Positions 31,231 to 40,364 of a stretch of 64,000 nt of DNA are shown one piece after another. The translations under genes and the position numbers were made by a program. The stretch is from positions 6,016,001-6,080,000 of the forward strand of contig CAWAIF010000003.1 in assembly GCA_963782055.1 (NCBI GenBank). Reading direction: 5' to 3'. The notes beneath the pieces were generated by a model. The model ran no database searches, was not told where the DNA came from, and saw only the letters and a program-made list of their open reading frames with translations. The number at the start of each line of letters is the position of its first letter. Position 1 is the first letter of the stretch. The DNA is from an uncultured delta proteobacterium (GTDB lineage Bacteria; Myxococcota_A; Polyangia; Polyangiales; Polyangiaceae).

Positions 31231-32048
31231 TCAGCCCCAAGACCTTCAAGTACGCGCTGAAGGACGGCGTCGCCGAGATCACCCTCGACCGCGCCGACAA
31301 GCTCAACGCCCTCACCTTCGCCATCTACGAGGAGCTGCGCGACACCTTCGCCGCGCTCGACCACGACGCGGCGGTGCGCGCGGTGGTGCTCGGCGGCGAG
31401 GGACGCGCCTTCTGCTCCGGCGGGGACGTGGAGGACATCATCGGCGAGCTCTTCGCCCGCGACATGCAGGGGATGCTCGCCTTCACCCGCGTCACGGGCG
31501 CGCTCATCGCCAACATCCGCAAGCTGCGGCGCCCGGTCGTCGCCGCGGTCAACGGCGTGGCGGTCGGGGCCGGCGCGGTCATGGCCCTCGCCTGCGACTT
31601 CCGCGTCGCCGCGGACAGCGCGCGCTTCGGCTTCATCTTCCCCAAGGTGGGCCTCTCCGGCGCCGACATGGGCGCGGCGTACCTCCTGCCACGCGTCGTC
31701 GGCCTCGGCCGCGCGAGCGAGCTGCTCTTCCTGGGCGATCTGGTCGGCGCCGAGGAGGCGCTCCGCATCGGGCTGGTCAACAAGGTGGTGCCGAAGGACC
31801 AGTGCCGCGCCGAGGCGCGCAAGCTCGCCGAACGCCTCGCGTCCGGCCCCGCCTTCGCGCACACCGTGACCAAGCAGATGCTGGAGAGCGAGCACACGAT
31901 GGCGCTCGCCGAGGCGATCGAGGCGGAGGCGCAGGCGCAGGCCATCTGCATGATGCACCCCGACTTTCGCATCGCCTACGACGCGTGGGTCGCCAAGAAG
32001 CCGATCGTCTTCGCGGACGCCCCCTTCCCCTTCCGCGACAAGCCGTGA
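31227..32048 (+). CDS. Enoyl-CoA hydratase/crotonase family
   Basis: AFCSGGD, NGVAVGAG..LACD, GADMGAAYLLPR. Confidence 0.93.
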   Translation: MISPKTFKYALKDGVAEITLDRADKLNALTFAIYEELRDTFAALDHDAAVRAVVLGGEGRAFCSGGDVEDIIGELFARDMQGMLAFTRVTGALIANIRKLRRPVVAAVNGVAVGAGAVMALACDFRVAADSARFGFIFPKVGLSGADMGAAYLLPRVVGLGRASELLFLGDLVGAEEALRIGLVNKVVPKDQCRAEARKLAERLASGPAFAHTVTKQMLESEHTMALAEAIEAEAQAQAICMMHPDFRIAYDAWVAKKPIVFADAPFPFRDKP

Positions 32049-33208
32049 CGCGCGCGCTGCCCGACTTCGCCGCGGCGGTGCCCGCGTGGCTGGAGGACGC
32101 GCACCGCGCGCTCGGCGCGGAGCTCTCCGCGCTGGCGGCCTGGCCGGACGACCACGACGCGTCGCGCGCCGTGGACCGCCTGCGAGGCGCCGGGCTGTTT
32201 CGCCTCGTCGTCCCCGCGAAGGACGGCGGCCGCGACGTCGGCGGTGCCCCGGAGCGGGTCAGCGTGCGCGCGCTGTGCGTCGCGCGCGAGGCGCTCGGCT
32301 ACGTCTCCCCGCTGGCGGACTCCATCCTCGCGGTGCAGGGCCTCGGGTCGTACCCGCTGGTGCTCTCCCCGACCGCGCACGACCGCGGGCGTATCCTGGG
32401 AGAGGTCGCCCGAGGCGATCGCGTCGCGGCCTTCGCGCTCACCGAGCCGGAGGCGGGGAGCGACGTCGGCTCGATGCGCACCGCCGCGCGGCGCGAGGGC
32501 GACGGGTGGGTGCTCGACGGCGAGAAGGTCTTCATCTCCAACGTGGGCATCGCCCGGCACTTCGTCGTCTTCGCGCGGGTCGAGGGCGCGCCCAAGCCCA
32601 TCTCGGCGTTCCTGGTGCCGCACGACGCGCCGGGCCTGACGCTGGAGAAGGTGCCCATGTCGCTGGAGCACCCGCTCGGCCGGCTGCGCATGAGCGGCTG
32701 CCAGCTGCCCGCCACGGCGCTCATCGGCGAGGTCGGGCACGGCATGCGGCTCGCGCTCGGCACGCTGGACGTCTTCCGCACCTCGGTGGGCGCGGCCGCG
32801 TGCGGGATGGCGCGCCGCGCGCTCGACGAGACGGTGGAGCGCGTGAAGACCCGCGTGCAGTTCGGCAAGCCGCTCGCCGAGATGCAGCTCACCCAGGCGG
32901 CGCTCGCGGAGATGGCGACCGAGCTGGACGCCGCGCGCATGCTCGTCTACCGCGCCGCGTGGCTGAAGGACCACGGCGAGCGCGCGAGCGTCGAGGTGGC
33001 CATGGCCAAGATGTTCGCGACGGAGGCCGCGCAGCGCATCATCGACCGCGCGGTGCAGCTCCACGGCGGCCTGGGCGTCGTGCTGGGCAGCGTGGTGGAG
33101 CAGCTCTACCGGGAGATCCGCCCGCTGCGCATCTACGAGGGCACCACCGAGATCCAGAAGCTCATCATCGGGGGCGCGCTCGTCGCCCCCGCCGGCGAGA
33201 AGCGGTGA
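32045..33208 (+). CDS. Acyl-CoA dehydrogenase
   Basis: [44 protein letters not shown]. Confidence 0.95.
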   Translation: MTRALPDFAAAVPAWLEDAHRALGAELSALAAWPDDHDASRAVDRLRGAGLFRLVVPAKDGGRDVGGAPERVSVRALCVAREALGYVSPLADSILAVQGLGSYPLVLSPTAHDRGRILGEVARGDRVAAFALTEPEAGSDVGSMRTAARREGDGWVLDGEKVFISNVGIARHFVVFARVEGAPKPISAFLVPHDAPGLTLEKVPMSLEHPLGRLRMSGCQLPATALIGEVGHGMRLALGTLDVFRTSVGAAACGMARRALDETVERVKTRVQFGKPLAEMQLTQAALAEMATELDAARMLVYRAAWLKDHGERASVEVAMAKMFATEAAQRIIDRAVQLHGGLGVVLGSVVEQLYREIRPLRIYEGTTEIQKLIIGGALVAPAGEKR

Positions 33209-34710
33209 GCCTGCTCTTTTCGCCGCTGCGCGTCGGGGCGATGACGCTCCCCAACCGGCTGGTGCTGCCGGCGATGGTGACGCGCCTCTCCGGGGAGGAC
33301 GGCCACGTCAACGACGATATACGTGTAAGGTACACGCGATTCGCCAGGGGCGGCGTGGGCCTGGTGGTGGTGGAGGCGATGGCGGTGCACTCCGCCAAGA
33401 GCGGGCCGCTGCTGCGCATCTCCGACGACGCCTTCGTCCCCGGACTCGCCGACCTGGCGAAGCGCTGCCACGACGCGGGGCCGGGCATGGTGGTGCCGCA
33501 GATCATCCACTTCCTCAAGATCGCCCGCTCCGGCTGGCGGCAGACGGTGGACATGCTCTCGCCGGCGGACCTCGACGGGATCGTGGAGGCGTACGGCCTC
33601 GCCGCCCTCCGCGCCCGGACGTGCGGCTTCGACGGGGTGGAGCTGCACATGGCCCACGCCTACACGCTGTCCTCCTTCCTCTCCCGGCTCAACCCGCGAC
33701 GCGACGCGTACGGCGGCACGCTGGAGAACCGCATGCGCCTCCCCTTGCGCGTCATCGATCGCGTGCGCGCCGTGGTGGGCGCCGACTTCCCCGTCGGCGT
33801 GCGCTTCGTGGGGGAGGAGTGCATCCGCAACGGCTACACCGTGGTCGACGCCGCCCCCATCGCGGCGCGCTTCGCGAAGGCGGGCGTGGACTACGTCTCT
33901 CTCTCGGCGGGCGGCAAGTTCGAGGACGCGCGCCACGTCCCGGGCGAGCCGCTCTACCCGTACACCGGCTACTCCGGCGACCGGTGCATGCCGGGCGCCA
34001 ACTACCCCGACGGCGCCAACCTGCACATCCCGGAGGCGGTGCGCGCGGCGGTGCGCGCGGCGGGACACGACACGCCCATCGTCGCCGCCGGCAAGATCGG
34101 CACACAGGAGCTGGCAGAGCAGGTGCTGCGCGACGGCAAGGGCGACCTCGTCGGCATGGCGCGCGCGCTGCTCGCCGACCCCGACATCCCGCGCAAGTGG
34201 CGCGAGGGGCGCGACGACACGGTCGTGCGATGCGTCTACGGCAACGTCTGCAAGGCGCTGGACGAGAACTTCAAGCGCGTGGTCTGCACCCTCTGGCCGA
34301 AGAAGCTCGGGCGCGCGCCGGAGAGCGACGACGCCGCGCCGCCGGAGTGGCCGGCCGACGGCGCCGGTCTGCGTGCAGAATACAAGGACGGCCGGGTTCT
34401 CCTGCGCTGGCGCGCCGCGCACGACGGCGAGGAGGTCTACGGCTACCAGGTCTTCCGCACGGAGGCGGGCGGCATCCTCTCGCACTACGCGAGCGTGCGC
34501 GCGCAGTCCCTCCGCTTCGAGGATGGGCACGTGGTGGGCGGCGCGCGCTACCGCTACGCCGTACGGCCGTACGACCTCGCGGGCAACCGCGGGCCGGCCT
34601 CGCCGCCCGTCGAGGTGGCGGTGCCCGACACCCACGTACCGCCGGACGAGGCGCCGCCGGTGGCCGGCGATTCCGGCGCGCTCGGGGCGTGCGCCGGCAA
34701 GGTGTCATGA
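33205..34710 (+). CDS. NADH:flavin oxidoreductase (Old Yellow Enzyme family) with C-terminal FN3-like domain
   Basis: LFSPL..NRLVLPAM, GFDGVELHMAHAY, YGGTLENR, MARALLADPD; tail LRW..GYQVFR..YRYAVRPYDLAGN. Confidence 0.9.
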   Translation: MSLLFSPLRVGAMTLPNRLVLPAMVTRLSGEDGHVNDDIRVRYTRFARGGVGLVVVEAMAVHSAKSGPLLRISDDAFVPGLADLAKRCHDAGPGMVVPQIIHFLKIARSGWRQTVDMLSPADLDGIVEAYGLAALRARTCGFDGVELHMAHAYTLSSFLSRLNPRRDAYGGTLENRMRLPLRVIDRVRAVVGADFPVGVRFVGEECIRNGYTVVDAAPIAARFAKAGVDYVSLSAGGKFEDARHVPGEPLYPYTGYSGDRCMPGANYPDGANLHIPEAVRAAVRAAGHDTPIVAAGKIGTQELAEQVLRDGKGDLVGMARALLADPDIPRKWREGRDDTVVRCVYGNVCKALDENFKRVVCTLWPKKLGRAPESDDAAPPEWPADGAGLRAEYKDGRVLLRWRAAHDGEEVYGYQVFRTEAGGILSHYASVRAQSLRFEDGHVVGGARYRYAVRPYDLAGNRGPASPPVEVAVPDTHVPPDEAPPVAGDSGALGACAGKVS

Positions 34711-35510
34711 CCGCACCGACGGTCGAGCGGTGGGCGCGCGACTACGTGCTCGCGCGCGACCTGGCCCACAAGCTGGCGCCGCCGCCGCGGCCGCGGGCGT
34801 GGGCGGAGCGACCCCAGCCGGAGCGCGTCGCCGCGCCGGGGAGGCCCCCGGAGCTGACGGTGGCGGCGCGCAGCCCCAAGCCCCTCGGTCCGCGGGCGCT
34901 GGAGCACCCGGAGCGGCGCGCGCGGCTGGTGCACACCTTCCTGCACCACGAGCTGCAGGCGGCGGAGCTGATGGCGTGGGCGGTGCTCGCCTTCCCGGAG
35001 ACGCCGCGCGCCTTCCGCGTGGGCCTGCTGGGGGTGATGGCCGACGAGCTGCGGCACATGGCCCTGTACGCGAGCTACTTGACCGGTCACGGGTTCCGCT
35101 TTGGCGACTTCCCGGTGCGTGACTGGTTCTGGGAGCGCGTCCCCTCCTGCCTCACGCCGGCGGCCTTCGTCGCCACGCTGGGCGTGGGGGTGGAGGGCGC
35201 CAACCTGGACCACACCCGCCGCTTCGCCGAGCGCTTCCGCGCGGCGGGCGACGACGAGGGCGCGCGCCTGCAGGAGACCGTGGGCCGCGAGGAGATCCCG
35301 CACGTCCGCTTCGCGCGGCGCTGGCTCGCGCGCTTCGCCGGCAAGGACGACTTCGACGCCTGGCGCGCCGAGCTGCCTCCGCCGCTCTCGCCCCTGCTCA
35401 TGCGCGGGGTCCCGATGGACCGGCCCGCCCGATTGCGTGCCGGATACACCGAAGACTTCCTGGACCGGCTGGCGGCCTACGACGCCGGCGAGGACGCGCC
35501 GCGCCGGTGA
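34707..35510 (+). CDS. DUF455-type ferritin-like di-iron protein
   Basis: HTFLHHELQAAEL, DELRH, EGANLD, EEIPHV. Confidence 0.85.
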   Translation: MTAPTVERWARDYVLARDLAHKLAPPPRPRAWAERPQPERVAAPGRPPELTVAARSPKPLGPRALEHPERRARLVHTFLHHELQAAELMAWAVLAFPETPRAFRVGLLGVMADELRHMALYASYLTGHGFRFGDFPVRDWFWERVPSCLTPAAFVATLGVGVEGANLDHTRRFAERFRAAGDDEGARLQETVGREEIPHVRFARRWLARFAGKDDFDAWRAELPPPLSPLLMRGVPMDRPARLRAGYTEDFLDRLAAYDAGEDAPRR

Positions 35511-36397
35511 TCGCCTGGGTGCTCAACCTGGCCGCGGAGGAGGAGCTGGAGCGACCCGACGCCCACACGCCCTCGCGGCGCGCGCGCGAGCGCCTCGCCG
35601 CGCTGATGGCTCACCTGCGGCCGCTGCTCGGGCCGGATGGGGTGGTCGTGGACGACGACACGCGGGTGCCCGCGGGCACGCCAGGGCGCGCGTGGTGCCC
35701 CACGCCGGCCGCGCTGCGCCGGCTCGCCGCGTGCGGCGCCCGGGTGCCGGAGGCGCCGCCGCTGGAGGTGCTCCGCCGCGTCAACCACCGCGCCTTCTGC
35801 GCGGCGCAGGGCCAGACGCTGGAGGGCGCGCGTTTCGTGACGACGATGGATGCGCTGGCGGAGGCGGTGGGGGGGCCGTCGGCCACCGGCGCGTGGCTCC
35901 TCAAGCACCCGCTGGGCTTCGCCGGCCGCGGCAGGTTGCGCGTGCCCTGCGGCCCGCTCTCCCCCGCCGACTGGACCGCGGCCGCGCGCCTGATGGAGCG
36001 GGCGGGAGGCGCGCAGGTGGAGCCGCTCGTCGTGCGACGCGGCGACTTCGGCCTGCACGGCTTCCTCGCGAGGGACGGCGCCCTCTCCACCGGCGAGCCG
36101 ACGACGCAGCAGTGCGACGAGCGCGGCACCTGGCGCGGGACGGCGCGAGGCGCGGACCTCTCGGCGGACGAAGAGCGCGCGCTGCGTAACTCGCTCGTGC
36201 GCGCCGCCGACGCGCTGCGCGAGGCGGGCTACTTTGGCCCCTTCGGCCTCGACGCCTTTCGCTACGAGGGCGCGAGCGGCTCGCTGCGCTTCAACCCGCG
36301 CGCGGAGATCAACGCCCGCTACTCCATGGGCTGGGCCACCGGCATGGGCCCCCTCCGCCCCGACCTGCTCATCGCCGCCTCTCCCACCGGCCGGTGA
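35507..36397 (+). CDS. ATP-grasp fold protein
   Basis: WLLKHPLGFAGRG, VEP, GYFGPFGLD, EINARYSMG. Confidence 0.78.
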   Translation: MIAWVLNLAAEEELERPDAHTPSRRARERLAALMAHLRPLLGPDGVVVDDDTRVPAGTPGRAWCPTPAALRRLAACGARVPEAPPLEVLRRVNHRAFCAAQGQTLEGARFVTTMDALAEAVGGPSATGAWLLKHPLGFAGRGRLRVPCGPLSPADWTAAARLMERAGGAQVEPLVVRRGDFGLHGFLARDGALSTGEPTTQQCDERGTWRGTARGADLSADEERALRNSLVRAADALREAGYFGPFGLDAFRYEGASGSLRFNPRAEINARYSMGWATGMGPLRPDLLIAASPTGR

Positions 36398-36498
36398 GCG
36401 CTCGGCGGCGGCTGTTGCCCATGAGGGTCCACGCACGGCCCGACGCGCAGCGGAGATCCGGCGCGGGCCGGCGCCCAACGAACAACGACCGTTCCTCT

Positions 36499-36625
36499 CC
36501 TGTCCCCCCTGTCCCCCCTGTCCCCCCTTCCTGTCCCCGGACACCCAGCGTCGAAGTGCAAGGGTCCTTTCACTCCGACGTTTCTGCGGGGATCCGTGGG
36601 GAGGGGGGGTGGCATGGGGGGTGCT
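36499..36625 (+). promoter_or_regulatory. Upstream module of MarR cassette copy 2: CTGTCCCC(C) tandem repeats, palindrome, sigma-54 promoter
   Basis: Four CTGTCCCC units; CGTCGAAGTG..CACTCCGACG; TGGCATGGGGGGTGCT (36610-36625). Confidence 0.7.
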
Positions 36626-36637
36626 TTGGGGGTGGGG

Positions 36638-37246
36638 ATGATGGCGGGACTGGATCCGGTGTTCTTCACGATCAAGCGGGCGTATTACGCGACGCTCCGG
36701 CTCACCCGGCGGGCGCTTGGGGCGATGGGGCTCACCGCAGCTCGGTTCGATGTGCTCGACGCGCTCTACCGGCTGGGGACGGGGTGCGCGCACTACCAGA
36801 GCGATCTGCGGCGCGGGCTCGGGGTGGCGCGGGCGACGATCAGCGAGATGATGCGGGCGCTCGAGACGATCGGGCTCGTGACGCGGCGGAGGGTCGGGCG
36901 CGAGGTGATCGTCGCGCTCACGGCCGAGGGACGCCGGCGTGTCCGGCGGGCGTATTACGGGCTCGTGCTCGTGGGGCACGTGGGGTTCGCGCTGGACGGC
37001 GCGCTCGCGCCGGGTGAGCGGCGCTGGCCCGATGCGCGGCGGTGCGCCAGTGCACGGCGGCACCTCGAGACGCTCTGCATGCGCATCCGGCACGGGTTCG
37101 GCGATCAGGCCGAGCTCGACCGGCTGACCGAGTGCGGGGCCTGGGTGCTACGGGACCTGGACCGCACCCGCCGCGCCCAGGCGCGCGAGGAGGAGCGCCG
37201 GCGCGAGCTCGATGGCGCACTCGCGCTCGCCACGCCGAGCGCGTGA
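36638..37246 (+). CDS. MarR-family winged-helix regulator (paralog 2)
   Basis: DPVFFTIKRAYYATL..GLTAARFD..YGLVLVGHVG..LAPGERRWP, shared with 7564-8154. Confidence 0.88.
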   Translation: MMAGLDPVFFTIKRAYYATLRLTRRALGAMGLTAARFDVLDALYRLGTGCAHYQSDLRRGLGVARATISEMMRALETIGLVTRRRVGREVIVALTAEGRRRVRRAYYGLVLVGHVGFALDGALAPGERRWPDARRCASARRHLETLCMRIRHGFGDQAELDRLTECGAWVLRDLDRTRRAQAREEERRRELDGALALATPSA

Positions 37247-37484
37247 CCAGGCCGGCCCGGAAGCGCACCGGGCAAGCGAGCCGAGAGATCGAATCCTCCC
37301 GCCTCCAGGCGCCGCGCCGCGCGGCGGGAAAGAACGGAGCTCGCGCATGCGGCGGCGCGGTCGGCGCCGGCTCCCGAAGCGGGCCGAGCGCTGGTCGAGC
37401 GCAGGTCGTAGCTCGAGTTCGAGCCAAAGGCCGTGAACTCGCCGCTTCCAGACGGGGGTCGGCGCAGCGCCCCGGGGCGTGAGC

Positions 37485-37769
37485 TCAGCCCAGCCCGTGC
37501 GCGAGCTTCCTCGGTCCGTCGGAGAAGAGGACCTCCACACGCAACGGGTCGACGTCGATCACGATGCCCTTGCCGAACTTCACGTGCGACACGTACGCGG
37601 CGCGGGCGAAGCGGGACTTGGGGGAGTACGCGGTGAAGGCGTCATCCGGCTGCGAGGCGACGTCCTTTTCCCAGTCCCACTCCTTCGGGGGCTGTTTTGG
37701 GGAGAAAAACCCACCGTCGCCTTCGCTCTCGCGACCGCGACGCACTTCCTTGGAGCGCTTCATCGACAT
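37485..37769 (-). CDS. Small protein with Tudor/SH3-like C-terminus
   Basis: YSPKSRF...VSHVKFGKGIV....VEVLFSDGPRKLAH. Confidence 0.7.
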   Translation of the reverse strand: MSMKRSKEVRRGRESEGDGGFFSPKQPPKEWDWEKDVASQPDDAFTAYSPKSRFARAAYVSHVKFGKGIVIDVDPLRVEVLFSDGPRKLAHGLG

Positions 37770-37826
37770 GGCGCGTCCCATATACTCGAATCCCGCGCGT
37801 TGACCAGAGGCGCTAGGCTCCTGCGC

Positions 37827-38015
37827 ATGAGGCGAATGCTCTTTCTTGCCTGCGTGGTGGTGCTCGGCTGCCCCACCCGGTCCACCCCCGCGGCGCCCAA
37901 GCCCTGCACCAAGGTGGGTGACTCCTGCCAGTTTGCCCCCGGGAAGCTGGGCACCTGCGTCGCCCGCGACGACTGCCAGGGCCAGAACTGCCTGGTCTGC
38001 CAGTCGCAGCACTGA
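37827..38015 (+). CDS. Small Cys-rich lipoprotein
   Basis: VVLGC lipobox; six further Cys in about 40 aa; TAGGCT 7 nt upstream of ATG. Confidence 0.7.
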   Translation: MRRMLFLACVVVLGCPTRSTPAAPKPCTKVGDSCQFAPGKLGTCVARDDCQGQNCLVCQSQH

Positions 38016-38107
38016 GTGAACCGCGGCACGCCCGACGCGTGGCGGAGGGTGCGGGTGACGGGCGCATGAACTCCGTGTACGAATGGTGGCCCAACCAGGA
38101 GGGCGTC

Positions 38108-38644
38108 ATGCGCCGGTTCGTCTTGCTGCTCCTCACCGTCCTCGTCGTCACGCTGGCCAGCACGGCCTCCGCGCTGAAGCCCAACGCCCAGGGCTGGTAC
38201 CACACCGGCGACGCCGTCCGGCAGAAGACGGTCGTCTTCGTCTCGGTGAACGTCTACCGCATCAGCCACGACATGAAGTGCGTGGTGCCGCGGAACAAGC
38301 GCGCCGTCATCGACGCCGCCTGCGACAAGCGCTTCACCTGGACGATGATGCGCGACGTGGGCGCGGGGAAGATCATCGACGCGATGCGCGAGGCCTACCA
38401 GATGAACGGCTACTCCAACGCCGCCAAGATCAACCAGGCGCTCGCCGCCTTCAGGGCGGAGTTCAAGGAGAACGCGCAGGTTCGCATCAGCTACAACGCC
38501 GCCGCCAAGACGACGACGTTCTGGGAGCAGAACGGCGGCACCACCACCGTGGCCGGCGAGGACTTCATGAAGGCCACCTGGAGCATCTGGTTCGGCAAGA
38601 TCGACCCGCCGTCGATCGGCGACAAGCTCATCGCCAACCTCTGA
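38108..38644 (+). CDS. Secreted chalcone isomerase-like protein
   Basis: Signal ASA-L; G.AVR.K..V.VY, MMRDV, GEDFMKATWSIWFG. Confidence 0.8.
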   Translation: MRRFVLLLLTVLVVTLASTASALKPNAQGWYHTGDAVRQKTVVFVSVNVYRISHDMKCVVPRNKRAVIDAACDKRFTWTMMRDVGAGKIIDAMREAYQMNGYSNAAKINQALAAFRAEFKENAQVRISYNAAAKTTTFWEQNGGTTTVAGEDFMKATWSIWFGKIDPPSIGDKLIANL

Positions 38645-38720
38645 GGGGCAGCCGACGCCCCAAGGGCGCGTGGACTGGGCCGTGGTCCCTCCCGCGTTCC
38701 GGCGGGTGTATCCTGGGGGT

Positions 38721-40364
38721 GTGACGACGCGGCCCACCTTCCCCGACGACCTCAACCTCGCCGACTACTACCTCTTCGACCGCCTCAAGGACGGGCTGGG
38801 CGAGAAGGTCGCCCTGCGCTTCGGCGATCGCTCCTGGACCTACCAGACCGTCGCCGAGCGCACGCGCGCCTTCGCCACGCTGCTGGCCGGGTCCGGCATC
38901 CGGCGCGGCGAGCGGGTGCTCATCATCCTGCCGGACGTGCCGCCGTTCGCGTGGGTCTTCTTCGGCACCCTCGCCGCGGGATGCGTGGTGGCGATGGGCA
39001 ACCCCGACGTGCCGGCGGCGTCGCTGGAGTACCTGGTGGACTACACGCGCGCGACCGCCGTCGTGACCGTGCCGAAGGTGTACGAGGCGCTGAAGGAGGC
39101 GATGGCGGAGGGGCGCGTCGGCGCGGAGGTGCGCAGCATGTGGGTCGTCCCGTACGCCGCGACGGGGGAGGACCCGGAGGCGCCGCTCGGCCTCGGCGCG
39201 GTCGAGCTCGCCGCCGCGCTGAAGCGCCCGCCCGCGGAGGGCCGGCTGCCGCGCACGCACCGCGACGAGCCGGCGATCTGGCTGTTCACCAGCGGCTCGA
39301 CGGGCGAGCCGAAGGCGAACATGCACACCCACCGTGACTTCGCCTTCAACACCGAGGTCTACGCCAAGCGGACCGTCGGCTACGCGAAGGACGACGTCTC
39401 GGTGAGCGTGCCGCGCCTGTACTTCGGCTACGCGACCGGCACCAACCTCATGTTCCCCTTCGCCGTCGGCGCGACGGTCGGCCTCTTCAGCGAGCGCCCC
39501 ACGCCGGAGTCGCTGTCGCGCGCCATCGCCACGTACCGGCCGACCGTCGTCACCAACGTGCCGACGATGCTGGGCAAGCTGCTGGAGCACGACGCCGCCC
39601 TGCGCGCGAAGGGCGAGCCCGGCCTGGACCTCTCCAGCATCCGCTTCTCCCTCTCCGCGGGCGAGGCGCTGCCCAGGGCGCTCCTCGACCGCTGGCTGGA
39701 GCGCTTCCACAGCGACGTCTACGACGGCATCGGCTCCGCCGAGATGTTCCACATCTACGCCTCCAACCGCCCCGGCGACGTGAAGCCCGGCTCCCTCGGC
39801 AAGGCGGTGGAGGGCTACGAGCTGCGCATCCTGCCGGCCGACGCCGAGGGCGCGGGCGCGACGCCCTGCGCGCCGGGAGAGATCGGCGTGCTCTGGGTGA
39901 AGGGCGACAGCGTGTCGCTCGGCTACTGGCTGGACCGCGACAAGAGCTTCAGGACCTTCCACGGCCACTGGTGCCGCACCGGGGACCTCTTCCACGTCGA
40001 CGAGGAGGGTTACCTGTACTTCGACGGCCGCGCGGACGAGCTGCTCAAGGTGAGCGGCCTGTGGGTCTCCCCGCTGGAGGTGGAGCAGTGCCTGATGCAC
40101 CACGAGGCGGTCTCGCTCGCGGCCGTCATCGGCGTGGAGGAGGAGGGGCTACTCAAGCCGAAGGCCTTCGTCGTGCTGCGCGCCACGCACTCCGCCAGCG
40201 ACGCGCTCGCCGGCGAGCTGCAGGAGCACGTCAAGGCGCGCCTCTCCAAGCACAAGTACCCCCGCATCGTGGAGTTCGTCGCCGACGTCCCCAAGAACGA
40301 CCGCGGCAAGGTGGACCGCAAGGCGCTGCGGGCGATGGAGACCGGCCGGCGGGCCGGCGGCTGA
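38721..40364 (+). CDS. Benzoate/aminobenzoate-CoA ligase family
   Basis: FTSGSTGEPK, YFGYA, SAGEALP, DGIGSAE, TGD, GRADELLKVSG, PKNDRGK. Confidence 0.93.
   Translation: MTTRPTFPDDLNLADYYLFDRLKDGLGEKVALRFGDRSWTYQTVAERTRAFATLLAGSGIRRGERVLIILPDVPPFAWVFFGTLAAGCVVAMGNPDVPAASLEYLVDYTRATAVVTVPKVYEALKEAMAEGRVGAEVRSMWVVPYAATGEDPEAPLGLGAVELAAALKRPPAEGRLPRTHRDEPAIWLFTSGSTGEPKANMHTHRDFAFNTEVYAKRTVGYAKDDVSVSVPRLYFGYATGTNLMFPFAVGATVGLFSERPTPESLSRAIATYRPTVVTNVPTMLGKLLEHDAALRAKGEPGLDLSSIRFSLSAGEALPRALLDRWLERFHSDVYDGIGSAEMFHIYASNRPGDVKPGSLGKAVEGYELRILPADAEGAGATPCAPGEIGVLWVKGDSVSLGYWLDRDKSFRTFHGHWCRTGDLFHVDEEGYLYFDGRADELLKVSGLWVSPLEVEQCLMHHEAVSLAAVIGVEEEGLLKPKAFVVLRATHSASDALAGELQEHVKARLSKHKYPRIVEFVADVPKNDRGKVDRKALRAMETGRRAGG

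Noticed and set aside
7564..37246. MarR paralogs as a DGR template/variable pair
   Set aside because: No reverse transcriptase in the window; differences are not adenine-specific and both copies are intact ORFs.
38024..38039. Possible sigma-54 site CGGCACGCCCGACGCG
   Set aside because: Spacing fits but the -12 match is poor; likely chance in GC-rich DNA.
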